Source of the DNA: Clostridia bacterium
Lineage (GTDB): Bacteria; Bacillota; Clostridia; Christensenellales; Borkfalkiaceae
Assembly: GCA_017397305.1 (NCBI GenBank)
Contig: JAFQJB010000020.1
Coordinates: 832-64,831, forward strand
Direction of reading: 5' to 3'
DNA length: 64,000 nt
The notes under the pieces: generated by a model
The model's database searches: none
The model's input: the letters and a program-made list of their open reading frames with translations, nothing else
What the model was told of the DNA's origin: nothing
Shown: one piece after another, positions 26,694-34,787 of the stretch
How the letters are laid out: each line of letters starts with the position of its first letter
How positions within the stretch are numbered: the first letter of the stretch is position 1
Position numbers and translations under genes: made by a program

Positions 26694-29062
26694 TAGTTTC
26701 TGCTCTCTATATATTTTCTAATTTCGCTTGCGTTGTCGTATGCATCGTAGCCGTTGCCGTTGGGAATGAGCAAGGTGGGTGCTTTCTTAACGCCGAGTTT
26801 TACGGTGAGTTCTTTGTTTTCTTCAGCATTTACGATAGAATAGGTAATGCCAGCCTTGTCAAGCATCATTTTGCTTGTCTTGCAGTTGGGGCAACCGTTT
26901 CTAGTGAAGAGTACGGGGCCGTCAAGTTCAACTTGAACTGCTTCTTGCTTTTTGCATTCGCATGCGTTAGCCTCTTTTGCTTCAAACTTAGAAGTTTCGA
27001 TGTTGTATTCCTTTCTATCTTCAAATTCCTTTCTCTTACCATCGTTCCAGTTTTGGATAGGACGATAGTAACCGGTTATACGGCTGTAAACTTCGGTCGT
27101 TCTTCCGCAAGTAGGACATTCGTAAACTTCACCAGCGATATAGCCGTGGTCAGCACATACAGAGTAGGTCGGTGACATGGTGTAGTAAGGAAGTTTGTAG
27201 TTTTGAGCAATCTTGCGAACAAGGTTAGCAGCAGACTTCCAATCGGGAAGTTTTTGACCTAAGAATGCGTGGAATACAGTACCCGAGGTGTAAAGGGTTT
27301 GAAGTTCGTCTTGAATATCGAGCGCAGAGAAGATATCGTCGGTATAACCTACGGGCAAGTGCGAGCTGTTGGTGTAATAAGGTGCATTGTCCGTATCAGA
27401 TGCGGTGATAATGTCGGGATATCTCTTCTTGTCGTGTTTAGCAAGTCTAAACGAAGTAGATTCTGCGGGAGTTGCTTCAAGGTTATAAAGGTCGCCGTAG
27501 AGTTCTTGATAGTCGGAAAGTTTGTTTCTCATAAAGTTCAAAACGTCTTTGGTGAAGTTTTGAGCTTCTTTTTGAGTCAAGTCTTTTCCAATCCATTTTG
27601 CGTTAAGACATGCTTCGTTCATACCAACGAGACCGATAGTTGAGAAGTGGTTATTGAACGTTCCCAAATATCTCTTGGTGTAGGGATAAAGTCCTGCATC
27701 CAAAAGTTTGGTAACGGTATCTCTCTTAACTTTGAGTGAACGAGCAGATATATCCATCATGTGCTTCAATCTATCGTAGAATTCGTCTTCAGTCTTTGAA
27801 AGGTAAGCAATTCTAGGCATATTGATGGTTACAACACCGATTGAACCGGTTGATTCACCACTACCAAAGAAGCCACCTGATTTTTTACGAAGTTCTCTTA
27901 AGTCGAGTCTTAAACGACAGCACATTGAACGAACGTCGCTCGGTTCCATATCGCTGTTGATATAGTTAGAGAAGTATGGTGTGCCGTATTTAGCGGTCAT
28001 TTCGAACAAGAGTTTGTTGTTTTCGGTTTCAGACCAGTCGAAGTCGGAAGTGATTGAATAGGTCGGGATAGGATATTGGAAACCTCTGCCGTTTGCGTCG
28101 CCTTCAATCATGATTTCGATAAACGCCTTGTTTACCATAGCCATTTCTTCTACGCAGTCTTTATATTTAAAGTCCATTTCCTTTCCGCCAACGATTGCGT
28201 TCATTTCAGCAAGGTCGTTAGGAACAACCCAGTCGAGCGTGATGTTGGTGAACGGAGATTGGGTACCCCATCTTGACGGAGTGTTTACGCCGTAAATGAA
28301 AGATTGGATGCATTGTTTAACTTCCTTGTAGGTAAGGTTATCAACCTTAACGAAGGGTGCAAGATAGGTATCGAACGAAGAGAATGCTTGTGCACCTGCC
28401 CATTCGTTTTGCATGATACCGAGGAAGTTAACCATTTGGTTGCAAAGTGTTGAAAGATGTCCTGCAGGGGATGAAGTGATTTTGCCGGGAACACCGCCAA
28501 GACCTTCTTTAATAAGTTGGCGGAGAGACCAACCTGCGCAGTAACCGGTGAGCATAGAAAGGTCGTGAATGTGGATATCTGCATTTCTATGTGCGTCGCC
28601 GATTTCATCATCGTATACTTCGCTAAGCCAATAGTTTGCGGTAACCGCACCGCTGTTAGATAGGATAAGTCCACCAACCGAATAGGTTACGGTAGAATTT
28701 TCCTTAACACGCCAGTCGGCAACTTTCAAATAATCGTCTACTACCTTCTTGTAGTCAACGATGGTGTCTTTAATGTTACGAACTTTTTCCCTTTGTTTAC
28801 GATAAAGGATATAACTTTTTGCAATATCCACGTAACCAGCTTGAATAAGAACAACTTCGGCACTATCTTGAATGTCTTCTACGTTTACAACGTTATCTTT
28901 GATTTTCTTTGCAAAATCAGCGGTAACACGTAGTGCAAGCATGTTCAAAATGTCTGCCGTGTAATCAATTTTTCTTGCGTTGAACGCCTTGGAAAGTGCG
29001 GTTGTAATCTTACTCATGTCAAATTCAACTAACTTTCCGTCTCTTTTTTTAACTTGAAACAT
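26693..29062 (-). CDS. nrdD: anaerobic (class III) ribonucleoside-triphosphate reductase with a C-terminal glutaredoxin/NrdH-like domain
   Basis: ATP-cone N-terminus, SMCCRLRL thiyl loop, C..H..CPTC Zn ribbon, glycyl-radical motif SRITGYY. An extra ~85 aa follows with CPNC (codons at 26882-26893). Confidence 0.9.
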   Translation of the reverse strand: MFQVKKRDGKLVEFDMSKITTALSKAFNARKIDYTADILNMLALRVTADFAKKIKDNVVNVEDIQDSAEVVLIQAGYVDIAKSYILYRKQREKVRNIKDTIVDYKKVVDDYLKVADWRVKENSTVTYSVGGLILSNSGAVTANYWLSEVYDDEIGDAHRNADIHIHDLSMLTGYCAGWSLRQLIKEGLGGVPGKITSSPAGHLSTLCNQMVNFLGIMQNEWAGAQAFSSFDTYLAPFVKVDNLTYKEVKQCIQSFIYGVNTPSRWGTQSPFTNITLDWVVPNDLAEMNAIVGGKEMDFKYKDCVEEMAMVNKAFIEIMIEGDANGRGFQYPIPTYSITSDFDWSETENNKLLFEMTAKYGTPYFSNYINSDMEPSDVRSMCCRLRLDLRELRKKSGGFFGSGESTGSIGVVTINMPRIAYLSKTEDEFYDRLKHMMDISARSLKVKRDTVTKLLDAGLYPYTKRYLGTFNNHFSTIGLVGMNEACLNAKWIGKDLTQKEAQNFTKDVLNFMRNKLSDYQELYGDLYNLEATPAESTSFRLAKHDKKRYPDIITASDTDNAPYYTNSSHLPVGYTDDIFSALDIQDELQTLYTSGTVFHAFLGQKLPDWKSAANLVRKIAQNYKLPYYTMSPTYSVCADHGYIAGEVYECPTCGRTTEVYSRITGYYRPIQNWNDGKRKEFEDRKEYNIETSKFEAKEANACECKKQEAVQVELDGPVLFTRNGCPNCKTSKMMLDKAGITYSIVNAEENKELTVKLGVKKAPTLLIPNGNGYDAYDNASEIRKYIESRN

Positions 29063-29106
29063 ATTTCATCCCTCCGTAATAATTTCTAATTTTTGTGAGC
29101 GTTACT

Positions 29107-29136
29107 AATATACCATATCTATACTGCCCTTGTCAA
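29107..29136 (-). promoter_or_regulatory. promoter of nrdD
   Basis: Minus strand reads TTGACA-18 nt-TATATT. Confidence 0.5.
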
Positions 29137-29143
29137 TGGTTTA

Positions 29144-29159
29144 TAACAATATTTTGTAA
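29144..29159. promoter_or_regulatory. NrdR box 1
   Basis: taACAATATTTTGTaa compared with the remembered consensus acaCwAtATaTwGtgt. Confidence 0.6.
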
Positions 29160-29175
29160 ATTTTTTTTAGTAAAA

Positions 29176-29191
29176 CCACAATATCTTGTGT
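29176..29191. promoter_or_regulatory. NrdR box 2
   Basis: cCACAATATCTTGTGt. Its centre is 32 bp from box 1, the typical tandem spacing. Confidence 0.65.
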
Positions 29192-29329
29192 TTTGGGCTT
29201 TTTTGGACTTTTTCGTTGAAAATACCTCAAAACGCTTGATTTTGCCTTGCTTTTTTGATATTTCGACAAAAATTTTACCTACTTTTTGCCCGTTTTTTGC
29301 TCTAATTTATCGCCCTTTTTTAGCCCCTA

Positions 29330-29345
29330 GCACTATATATTGTGT
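29330..29345. promoter_or_regulatory. NrdR box 3 (solitary)
   Basis: gCACTATATATTGTGt is the best match to consensus. No partner box at +/-32 bp. Confidence 0.5.
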
Positions 29346-29385
29346 TCCCCGCTCCCTCGCGCGCGTGAACATTATTATATATAAA

Positions 29386-29427
29386 TAAAAACACACGGCT
29401 AAAAGATATAGCCGTGTGTATTTTTTT
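29386..29427 (-). terminator. terminator after the zinc-ribbon gene
   Basis: ACACACGGCT-N9-AGCCGTGTGT with flanking A- and T-runs. Confidence 0.7.
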
Positions 29428-29433
29428 GTAGTT

Positions 29434-29736
29434 TTATCTTTTTGCACCGCATTGAGAACAAAACTTGTCGCCGTCCAAAAACTTGTGTCCACAACTCGTG
29501 CAAAACTTTGCTTCATTATTATTCGGCGTTGCCGTATCGCTAGCGGGTGCGTTTATCGCGTGCCTTTCGTTGTGGCGAAGTGGTGTTTGACAAGTCGGGC
29601 AGTAAACAAACCCGTCCGGATACCACGGGCGAAAGCCTAACTTTTTGTCGTCGTATTCGACAACGGTTTTACATTGGCTACAAACTTGTCTATAAGTTAA
29701 TCCGCTGTGCCAATTTGCTCTTTTAAAAACGCTCAT
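29434..29736 (-). CDS. double zinc-ribbon protein
   Basis: CSQC..CPTC and CTSCG..CSQCG. Start set at MSVFKR (RBS GGAGGG). Confidence 0.6.
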   Translation of the reverse strand: MSVFKRANWHSGLTYRQVCSQCKTVVEYDDKKLGFRPWYPDGFVYCPTCQTPLRHNERHAINAPASDTATPNNNEAKFCTSCGHKFLDGDKFCSQCGAKR

Positions 29737-29759
29737 ATTTCCCTCCGTATAAATTGCGT

Positions 29760-30764
29760 TTAATTTTCGGGCGCACCAACTTCCCACAAATTATGGTCGA
29801 TTGCAATGGTGCTACTATTGACGCGAATAGGAACAGAATGCCCAGCCAAAGTTACACTCTTTTCCCACTTGTCGTTTTTCTTGTGATATGCTTGCTTATA
29901 TACGGTAATTTCTGTTTGACCCATTGTTACGTCTTCAAGGTCTTTTAATCGCCACATATATAAAAACAATTCAGTATCGCTCGAATATTGAAACATAAAA
30001 TCAAGATTGTGCGTGTTTAACGTTTCGGTTGCAAAGTGATTTAAGTTACCACCCTGAATGTTTGTCGTGCTATACAACACAATGTTTTTTTCTATTGCAG
30101 AAACAACAGTATCACCTTTATTGGGGTCGTTTATACCATAACTATTTTTAACGTTTGACATAGCGGCTTCAATAAGTGCAAGAAAGTCTTGCCCAACCTC
30201 TATAACAACGTCGCCACCGGTGCCACCACCCGTGTCGCCAGAATCCCCTCCGTCACCACCGTGTTCAAAGTCCGCTTCTTCTGCGAATTCAAAAAGCAAC
30301 ACAGAATCAAGCCTTGGGTTAGAAACGTTTGAACCGCTGAAAGAAAAGGTTATCGAAAAAGTGATTGAATTGTTTGTGCTTTCTTTATAGCTTGGCACAG
30401 CCGTTCCCGTTTGTATTCCGTTTAAGGAGTATACTATGTTGGGATTGGAATAAGCATCATCCATGTATTTTACCGCGTTGAAAACCTTTGTTGTTTCGCT
30501 ATTATTAACTATTGTAATTGATATGGTTGCGGTTGAAGAAGAATATGGCAATACAACACTGCTAGAAAGTGCTGTTCCTACGTATGTGTTTACCGTTGAG
30601 TTTGCGTCCCCCGCCGCATTGCTGATGTAGATGTCGTTTATCCTTTCAGCATTTGCCGTTCCGCTAATTTGCAAGGAGGAATTCATTTGTGCATAGCCAA
30701 TCACTAAAAAAAGCGACATTAAAAGCGCAACTATATAAATCATTGTAAGCTTTGCTTTTGACAT
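29760..30764 (-). CDS. secreted or N-terminally anchored hypothetical protein with a Gly/Asp-rich linker
   Basis: N-terminal hydrophobic helix MIYIVALLMSLFLVIGYAQ, central HGGDGGDSGDTGGGTGGD. RBS AGGAGGAAG and promoter at 30788-30816. Confidence 0.6.
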   Translation of the reverse strand: MSKAKLTMIYIVALLMSLFLVIGYAQMNSSLQISGTANAERINDIYISNAAGDANSTVNTYVGTALSSSVVLPYSSSTATISITIVNNSETTKVFNAVKYMDDAYSNPNIVYSLNGIQTGTAVPSYKESTNNSITFSITFSFSGSNVSNPRLDSVLLFEFAEEADFEHGGDGGDSGDTGGGTGGDVVIEVGQDFLALIEAAMSNVKNSYGINDPNKGDTVVSAIEKNIVLYSTTNIQGGNLNHFATETLNTHNLDFMFQYSSDTELFLYMWRLKDLEDVTMGQTEITVYKQAYHKKNDKWEKSVTLAGHSVPIRVNSSTIAIDHNLWEVGAPEN

Positions 30765-30787
30765 AGCACTTCCTCCTTTTTTTATAA

Positions 30788-30816
30788 ATTATACTACACA
30801 GCATAACGTTAGTCAA
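30788..30816 (-). promoter_or_regulatory. promoter of the secreted-protein/zinc-ribbon pair
   Basis: Minus strand reads TTGACT-17 nt-TATAAT. Confidence 0.55.
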
Positions 30817-30930
30817 GTTTAAATACTCTTATCTAGTTATAGTATAACGTATATTATCACCTTTTTATTTTTGTTGATATTCTATGAAAAAAGGGGTGTA
30901 TGCTTATGCAAAATTTTTTATCGCCGTTTC

Positions 30931-31329
30931 CTATTCTCTCTCGACGAACACAAACCCGAACGCGTTCGGTCCCCAGTGGCAAGCAATCGCGTGGTCAAGA
31001 TTGTCTTTTTCTAGCATGATATCTTTATATTCTTTTTCGGTTTTATCTAGCAATAGGTCAAGATTATCCGATTTATAGGTAAAGGACGGCACTATTGGGT
31101 AATTGGTGTCGCAGTTATCAAGCGCTCTAAGAAGCACCTTTTTTGCAGAGGGCATACCTATGGTTTTAGTATATACGGACACCCCGCCTTTAAGCATAAT
31201 AATCGGCTTAATTCTAAGCAACGTTCCAACCGCCCAACCGCTTGCACTAAGCCTACCGCCCCGCCTCAAATAGTCAAGCGATTCGGGAACGGCAAGGGCG
31301 GTGATTTTTGGGGCAAGTTCAATGAAAAA
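30931..31329 (-). pseudogene. 5'-truncated DegV-family gene remnant (C-terminal ~130 codons only)
   Basis: The frame reads ..ITALAVPESLDYLRRGGRLSASGWAVGTLLRIKPIIMLKGG...HWGPNAFGFVFV. This parallels the C-terminal half of the intact DegV at 40561-41448. It abuts the upstream terminator, with no ATG or RBS. Confidence 0.6.
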
Positions 31330-31357
31330 TAAAAGACCAACAACTTGTTGGTCTTTT
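31322..31357 (-). terminator. terminator of the FAD oxidoreductase gene
   Basis: AAAAGACCAAC-N5-GTTGGTCTTTT, followed on the minus strand by ATTTTT. Confidence 0.7.
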
Positions 31358-31380
31358 ATTGTTTATCTTTTTATGAGTGC

Positions 31381-32535
31381 TTATTTTTTCTTATTAGCCT
31401 TTTTTTGTGCTTTAAATTTTTTGCGGATAGATTTTAGACTAAAATCGCCGTCCAACGCTTCTTGAATTACATAGTTGACAAAGTCGGGGTGGCGACGGCA
31501 ATATCTTAAACCGATACCCCTAATCAACCTGCTCTTTATTACGCGAACAAGAAATTTCTTTTTGCCAAACCTTTTAATCAGTTCGTTAAAATCATGCCCG
31601 ATTTTGTAGATTTTTTGCAAACTTTCTTTATACTTTACAGGAAGGTCTTCTAGGGCGATTTGACCGCCTAAGTATGCCGTAATCGTTTCACTTGCGCGCA
31701 TAGCGGTGTACGGCGCAAAGCACAAACCTTCACCAGTGAACGGGAAAACAAATCCGCCCGCATCACCAACAAGTAGCACGTTTTTATAGCACGGAACTTC
31801 AACGGGTTCGGTGGGGATATACGCACCCCTTATATCACACCCTTCGCTACTAAAACCGGTAAGTTTAATAAAATCTTCAAACTCGTCACAATTTTGTTTT
31901 GAGCGAGAAGTGGGCCCGCAATACCCAACGGCAACCGAATCGCCGTGCGGGAATATCCAACCGTATCCACCGCCAAGTCCCGCATATAGCGATACCGAGT
32001 GGCAATCTAGAGTGTTCTTTGGATAGGTTTCCATGCAAAAGATGTTGGGTTTATAATCTTTGTTGAATAACTTTCTAACTAGGCTTGTCGCACCGTCTGC
32101 GCCTACAAGCACCTTATACCCTATTTGTTCGCCGTCCTCAAGCGTTACAACGTTGTTTTCTAAATCAAACTTTATAGCCTTCTTGCCTTCAATCGTTTGT
32201 CCGCCAAGTTCTTTATAGCGGGTAAGAAGTTGGTTATCAAAAACTTCCCTTCTAACAAAATTTAAGGTGTAAAAGTCATCGCCGTTTAGGATAAACTTTT
32301 CCATAAAATAAATTTTGAATTTGTCGGTTGTGTCCGAAAAGGTATAACTACCCTCGCCAAAAATTTGGTCGTATAACTTTTTTGCTTGTGGGGTTACGCC
32401 ACCCGCACAAAGTTTCTTTCTCGGGAAGGTGTGCTTGTCGATTATAAGTGTGGAAAACCCACTTTTAACAAGCATAGTTCCCGTTGATGTGCCCGACGGA
32501 CCACCACCGATTATTACAACGTCGAATTGTTTCAT
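31381..32535 (-). CDS. geranylgeranyl-reductase-family FAD-dependent oxidoreductase
   Basis: FDVVIIGGGPSGTS...KLCAGGVT motifs. Confidence 0.75.
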   Translation of the reverse strand: MKQFDVVIIGGGPSGTSTGTMLVKSGFSTLIIDKHTFPRKKLCAGGVTPQAKKLYDQIFGEGSYTFSDTTDKFKIYFMEKFILNGDDFYTLNFVRREVFDNQLLTRYKELGGQTIEGKKAIKFDLENNVVTLEDGEQIGYKVLVGADGATSLVRKLFNKDYKPNIFCMETYPKNTLDCHSVSLYAGLGGGYGWIFPHGDSVAVGYCGPTSRSKQNCDEFEDFIKLTGFSSEGCDIRGAYIPTEPVEVPCYKNVLLVGDAGGFVFPFTGEGLCFAPYTAMRASETITAYLGGQIALEDLPVKYKESLQKIYKIGHDFNELIKRFGKKKFLVRVIKSRLIRGIGLRYCRRHPDFVNYVIQEALDGDFSLKSIRKKFKAQKKANKKK

Positions 32536-32683
32536 ATTCTTCTCCCTTTTCGCCCTACGGCTTATGGTATTATTTTACCAAAATAATACGCACGTGTAAA
32601 TAGATAAATTCTACAATTTTCGTAAAACACTCTCATTTTTCAAGAATTTTCGCAAAATTTAGGTTGAGAAGGGAAAAAAAGGA

Positions 32684-32721
32684 AAAAGCACGAGCAGGGC
32701 GTTAGCCAGTGTCGTGCTTTT
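32684..32721 (-). terminator. terminator after the XRE regulator gene
   Basis: AAAAGCACGA-N18-TCGTGCTTTT, with a T-rich tract on the minus strand. Confidence 0.5.
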
Positions 32722-32758
32722 TATTAAATTAAATATAGTTGTCCTTTTTATCGAAAGT

Positions 32759-32962
32759 TTATTCTTCCAATAAATCTTCTAGGCAAACTTCAAAATAATG
32801 CGATATTTTAATCAAGGTATCTAAATCAGGCTCTCGACTTCCACTCTCCCAAAAACTTATTGTTTGATTACAAAAACCTAAATTTTCGCCAAGTTTTTGT
32901 TGAGATAAGCCTTTTTCAATTCTTAACTCTTTTAATTTTCTACCAAAAACATTATTTTTCAT
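32759..32962 (-). CDS. XRE-family HTH transcriptional regulator
   Basis: 67 aa. FGRKLKELRIEKGLSQQKLGENLGFCNQTISFWESG. Confidence 0.8.
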   Translation of the reverse strand: MKNNVFGRKLKELRIEKGLSQQKLGENLGFCNQTISFWESGSREPDLDTLIKISHYFEVCLEDLLEE

Positions 32963-32995
32963 AGAATTATTTTACTACAATTCGTAGGAATTTAT

Positions 32996-33024
32996 TTGAC
33001 TTCCTACATTTTGTAGGATATAAT
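32996..33024 (+). promoter_or_regulatory. promoter of the lipoprotein gene with a palindromic operator filling the spacer
   Basis: TTGACT-17 nt-TATAAT. The spacer is TCCTACA-ttt-TGTAGGA (33002-33018). More TTCCTAC-like half-sites occur at 32982-32990 and 33033-33047. Confidence 0.6.
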
Positions 33025-33070
33025 ATAATAAAATTCCTTTTTAGGAAAAATTGTTCAAGGAGAAAAACAA

Positions 33071-33769
33071 ATGAAAACAAAATTTTTAAGAAGTTTATTG
33101 TGCGTAGTTTTGGCAATGGGCATGATTTTTTCTATTGGTTGCGGTGGCAAAGAAGAAGACGGCAAGCAATCTCAAAATGAAATCCAACTTGCGAAAGAAC
33201 TTGAAAGCGCAAAATCGGCATATGACGAATTAAGTCTTGCCTTTACTTATTCCAAAGATATGGCATCAGCAGTGCATTCTATTTGGAATTATTCTATTTA
33301 TTATGCCAGCGATGATAAAAGCGATATGGTTGCATCAGGAAGCAGGGTAGGCTGGGGTGACTTTTTAGTAAAAAGAGTTATTTTAAGAACATCGGGTATG
33401 CCAAGCGAAAGCATATTAAAGGAAGCGTTGAAAAACGTTACAGGTCAAACGGACGGAGCTTTTTGGGCAAACGCGCTAGAAAATATTTCATATGCAGTTG
33501 CCGTTGCAAAAGAATATAACAGGTTGTCTGATGGATTAAGACTAACCACTGCTTGTATAGAAAAAAGCAAAACGTTTATCGGAGACTTGACAGATGCCAA
33601 CAAAGAAGCAACACATAGAGATGATTTAGCAAGTTTATACTCATCTATCAATTCTTTCTATCAATTAATAGAAAATCCGTCAGGAAATTTCAGTTCCTAC
33701 GGCGCTTCTATTACAAATTGCAAGAATAATATAAATAATTTAATTAACACCTTAGACCTTTATTTTTAA
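33071..33769 (+). CDS. hypothetical lipoprotein
   Basis: Signal peptide with lipobox FSIGCGG. RBS AAGGAGA. Confidence 0.6.
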   Translation: MKTKFLRSLLCVVLAMGMIFSIGCGGKEEDGKQSQNEIQLAKELESAKSAYDELSLAFTYSKDMASAVHSIWNYSIYYASDDKSDMVASGSRVGWGDFLVKRVILRTSGMPSESILKEALKNVTGQTDGAFWANALENISYAVAVAKEYNRLSDGLRLTTACIEKSKTFIGDLTDANKEATHRDDLASLYSSINSFYQLIENPSGNFSSYGASITNCKNNINNLINTLDLYF

Positions 33770-33774
33770 AACAC

Positions 33775-33807
33775 AAAAAATAGCACCTTGTCGGGTGCTA
33801 TTTTTTT
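33775..33807 (+). terminator. terminator of the lipoprotein gene
   Basis: AGCACC-ttgtcg-GGTGCT followed by TATTTTTTT. Confidence 0.65.
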
Positions 33808-33824
33808 GGCGGAGAGGAGAGGAT
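33805..33824. repeat. 20-bp direct repeat identical to the tRNA-Ser 3' end (att-like, distal copy)
   Basis: TTTGGCGGAGAGGAGAGGAT is identical to 35688-35707. Confidence 0.85.
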
Positions 33825-33864
33825 ACTGCCATATCCTAACTTGACATGTTTTCCTCTATATGAC

Positions 33865-34182
33865 TTATTCAATAAACAGTTTTATTTGTCCTTGCAAATT
33901 AAGTTTCTGAACCAAATCTTCCCATTTTACTTTTTGTCCATTAACTGTAAATCTATGCCATTGTCCATATGTATTAAAGAAGCTTTCGTATACACATAAT
34001 TCACAATTTCCATAGTTTCTTCTTTTATCGTCGCCCATAAAAACTATGCCTATTTCTTGTCCTTGGCTGTTTATTGCTGCGTAACCTTTTTTGCCTCTAA
34101 ATACTTTTTGGATATTATTAATAGTAAACTCTTCAAAATATTTTTTTCTTAATCCTTTGTTGCCTTTTACAGTGACATTCAT
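33865..34182 (-). CDS. hypothetical protein
   Basis: 105-aa ORF with RBS AAGGATG. No recognisable motif. Confidence 0.45.
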   Translation of the reverse strand: MNVTVKGNKGLRKKYFEEFTINNIQKVFRGKKGYAAINSQGQEIGIVFMGDDKRRNYGNCELCVYESFFNTYGQWHRFTVNGQKVKWEDLVQKLNLQGQIKLFIE

Positions 34183-34255
34183 TATTTTTCTTTCATCCTT
34201 TGTTTCAAAATTTTCATTTTTTAGTTGTAATTTTTTAATGTGTTTTTCGCTTCCC

Positions 34256-34543
34256 TTATATTTGTCGACAAAAACAAATATTGTGAGTATCCTTTTTAAC
34301 TTTATCTCTATATGTATATTTAAAAATACTGTCTGTACTTATTTTAAACCACAAAGCAAAAGCCTTTTCGCTTACAAAACATTGAGATGGTTTTAATTGA
34401 TAGTGCCTTAATATTTGACTTAACAAATATCCGCATTGATCTAGGCTTAATTCTTCTTCATTGAAAGTTGATAAAATACATTGGTTTGTTTTAACGCCTT
34501 CTACAAGAGATATAATTATATCCATCACCATGTTTTGTTCCAT
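34256..34543 (-). CDS. hypothetical protein
   Basis: Start set at MEQNMVMD (RBS AAGGGGA). 95 aa. Confidence 0.4.
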   Translation of the reverse strand: MEQNMVMDIIISLVEGVKTNQCILSTFNEEELSLDQCGYLLSQILRHYQLKPSQCFVSEKAFALWFKISTDSIFKYTYRDKVKKDTHNICFCRQI

Positions 34544-34559
34544 TTTGCTATCCCCTTTT

Positions 34560-34787
34560 TTATTTATTCCAGTAGCAACCGCCACCTTTTATTTTTACAA
34601 TAGGTTTTCCATATTCTATCAAATAGTCTACGTTTCTTCCAATAGTCCTTCTATCGCAGGGAATATTCATAGAGTTTAAAACTTTCGTCATACTTGTTAT
34701 AGTTATATGCTTTTCTTTTGAAGAGCCTTTTTCTAACATATCAAGTACATATAAAATTATAGTTTTCTTTGCAATATTCTTTTTCAT
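34560..34787 (-). CDS. small winged-helix (HTH_11/DeoR-N-like) DNA-binding protein
   Basis: ILYVLDMLEKG...ITSMTKVLNSMNIPCDRRTIGRNVDYLIEYGKPI..GGGCY. Confidence 0.5.
   Translation of the reverse strand: MKKNIAKKTIILYVLDMLEKGSSKEKHITITSMTKVLNSMNIPCDRRTIGRNVDYLIEYGKPIVKIKGGGCYWNK

Noticed and set aside
29095-29640. ORFs 29095-29388, 29307-29516 and 29416-29640 around the nrdD leader
   Set aside because: They cover the promoter, NrdR boxes and terminator, or lie antisense to the zinc-ribbon gene. They are low-complexity and lack an RBS.
33805-33824. Second tRNA gene
   Set aside because: Only the last 18 nt of the tRNA-Ser 3' end, plus the 2 nt flanking it, are present. The sequence diverges immediately afterwards, so it is an att-type duplication, not a gene.
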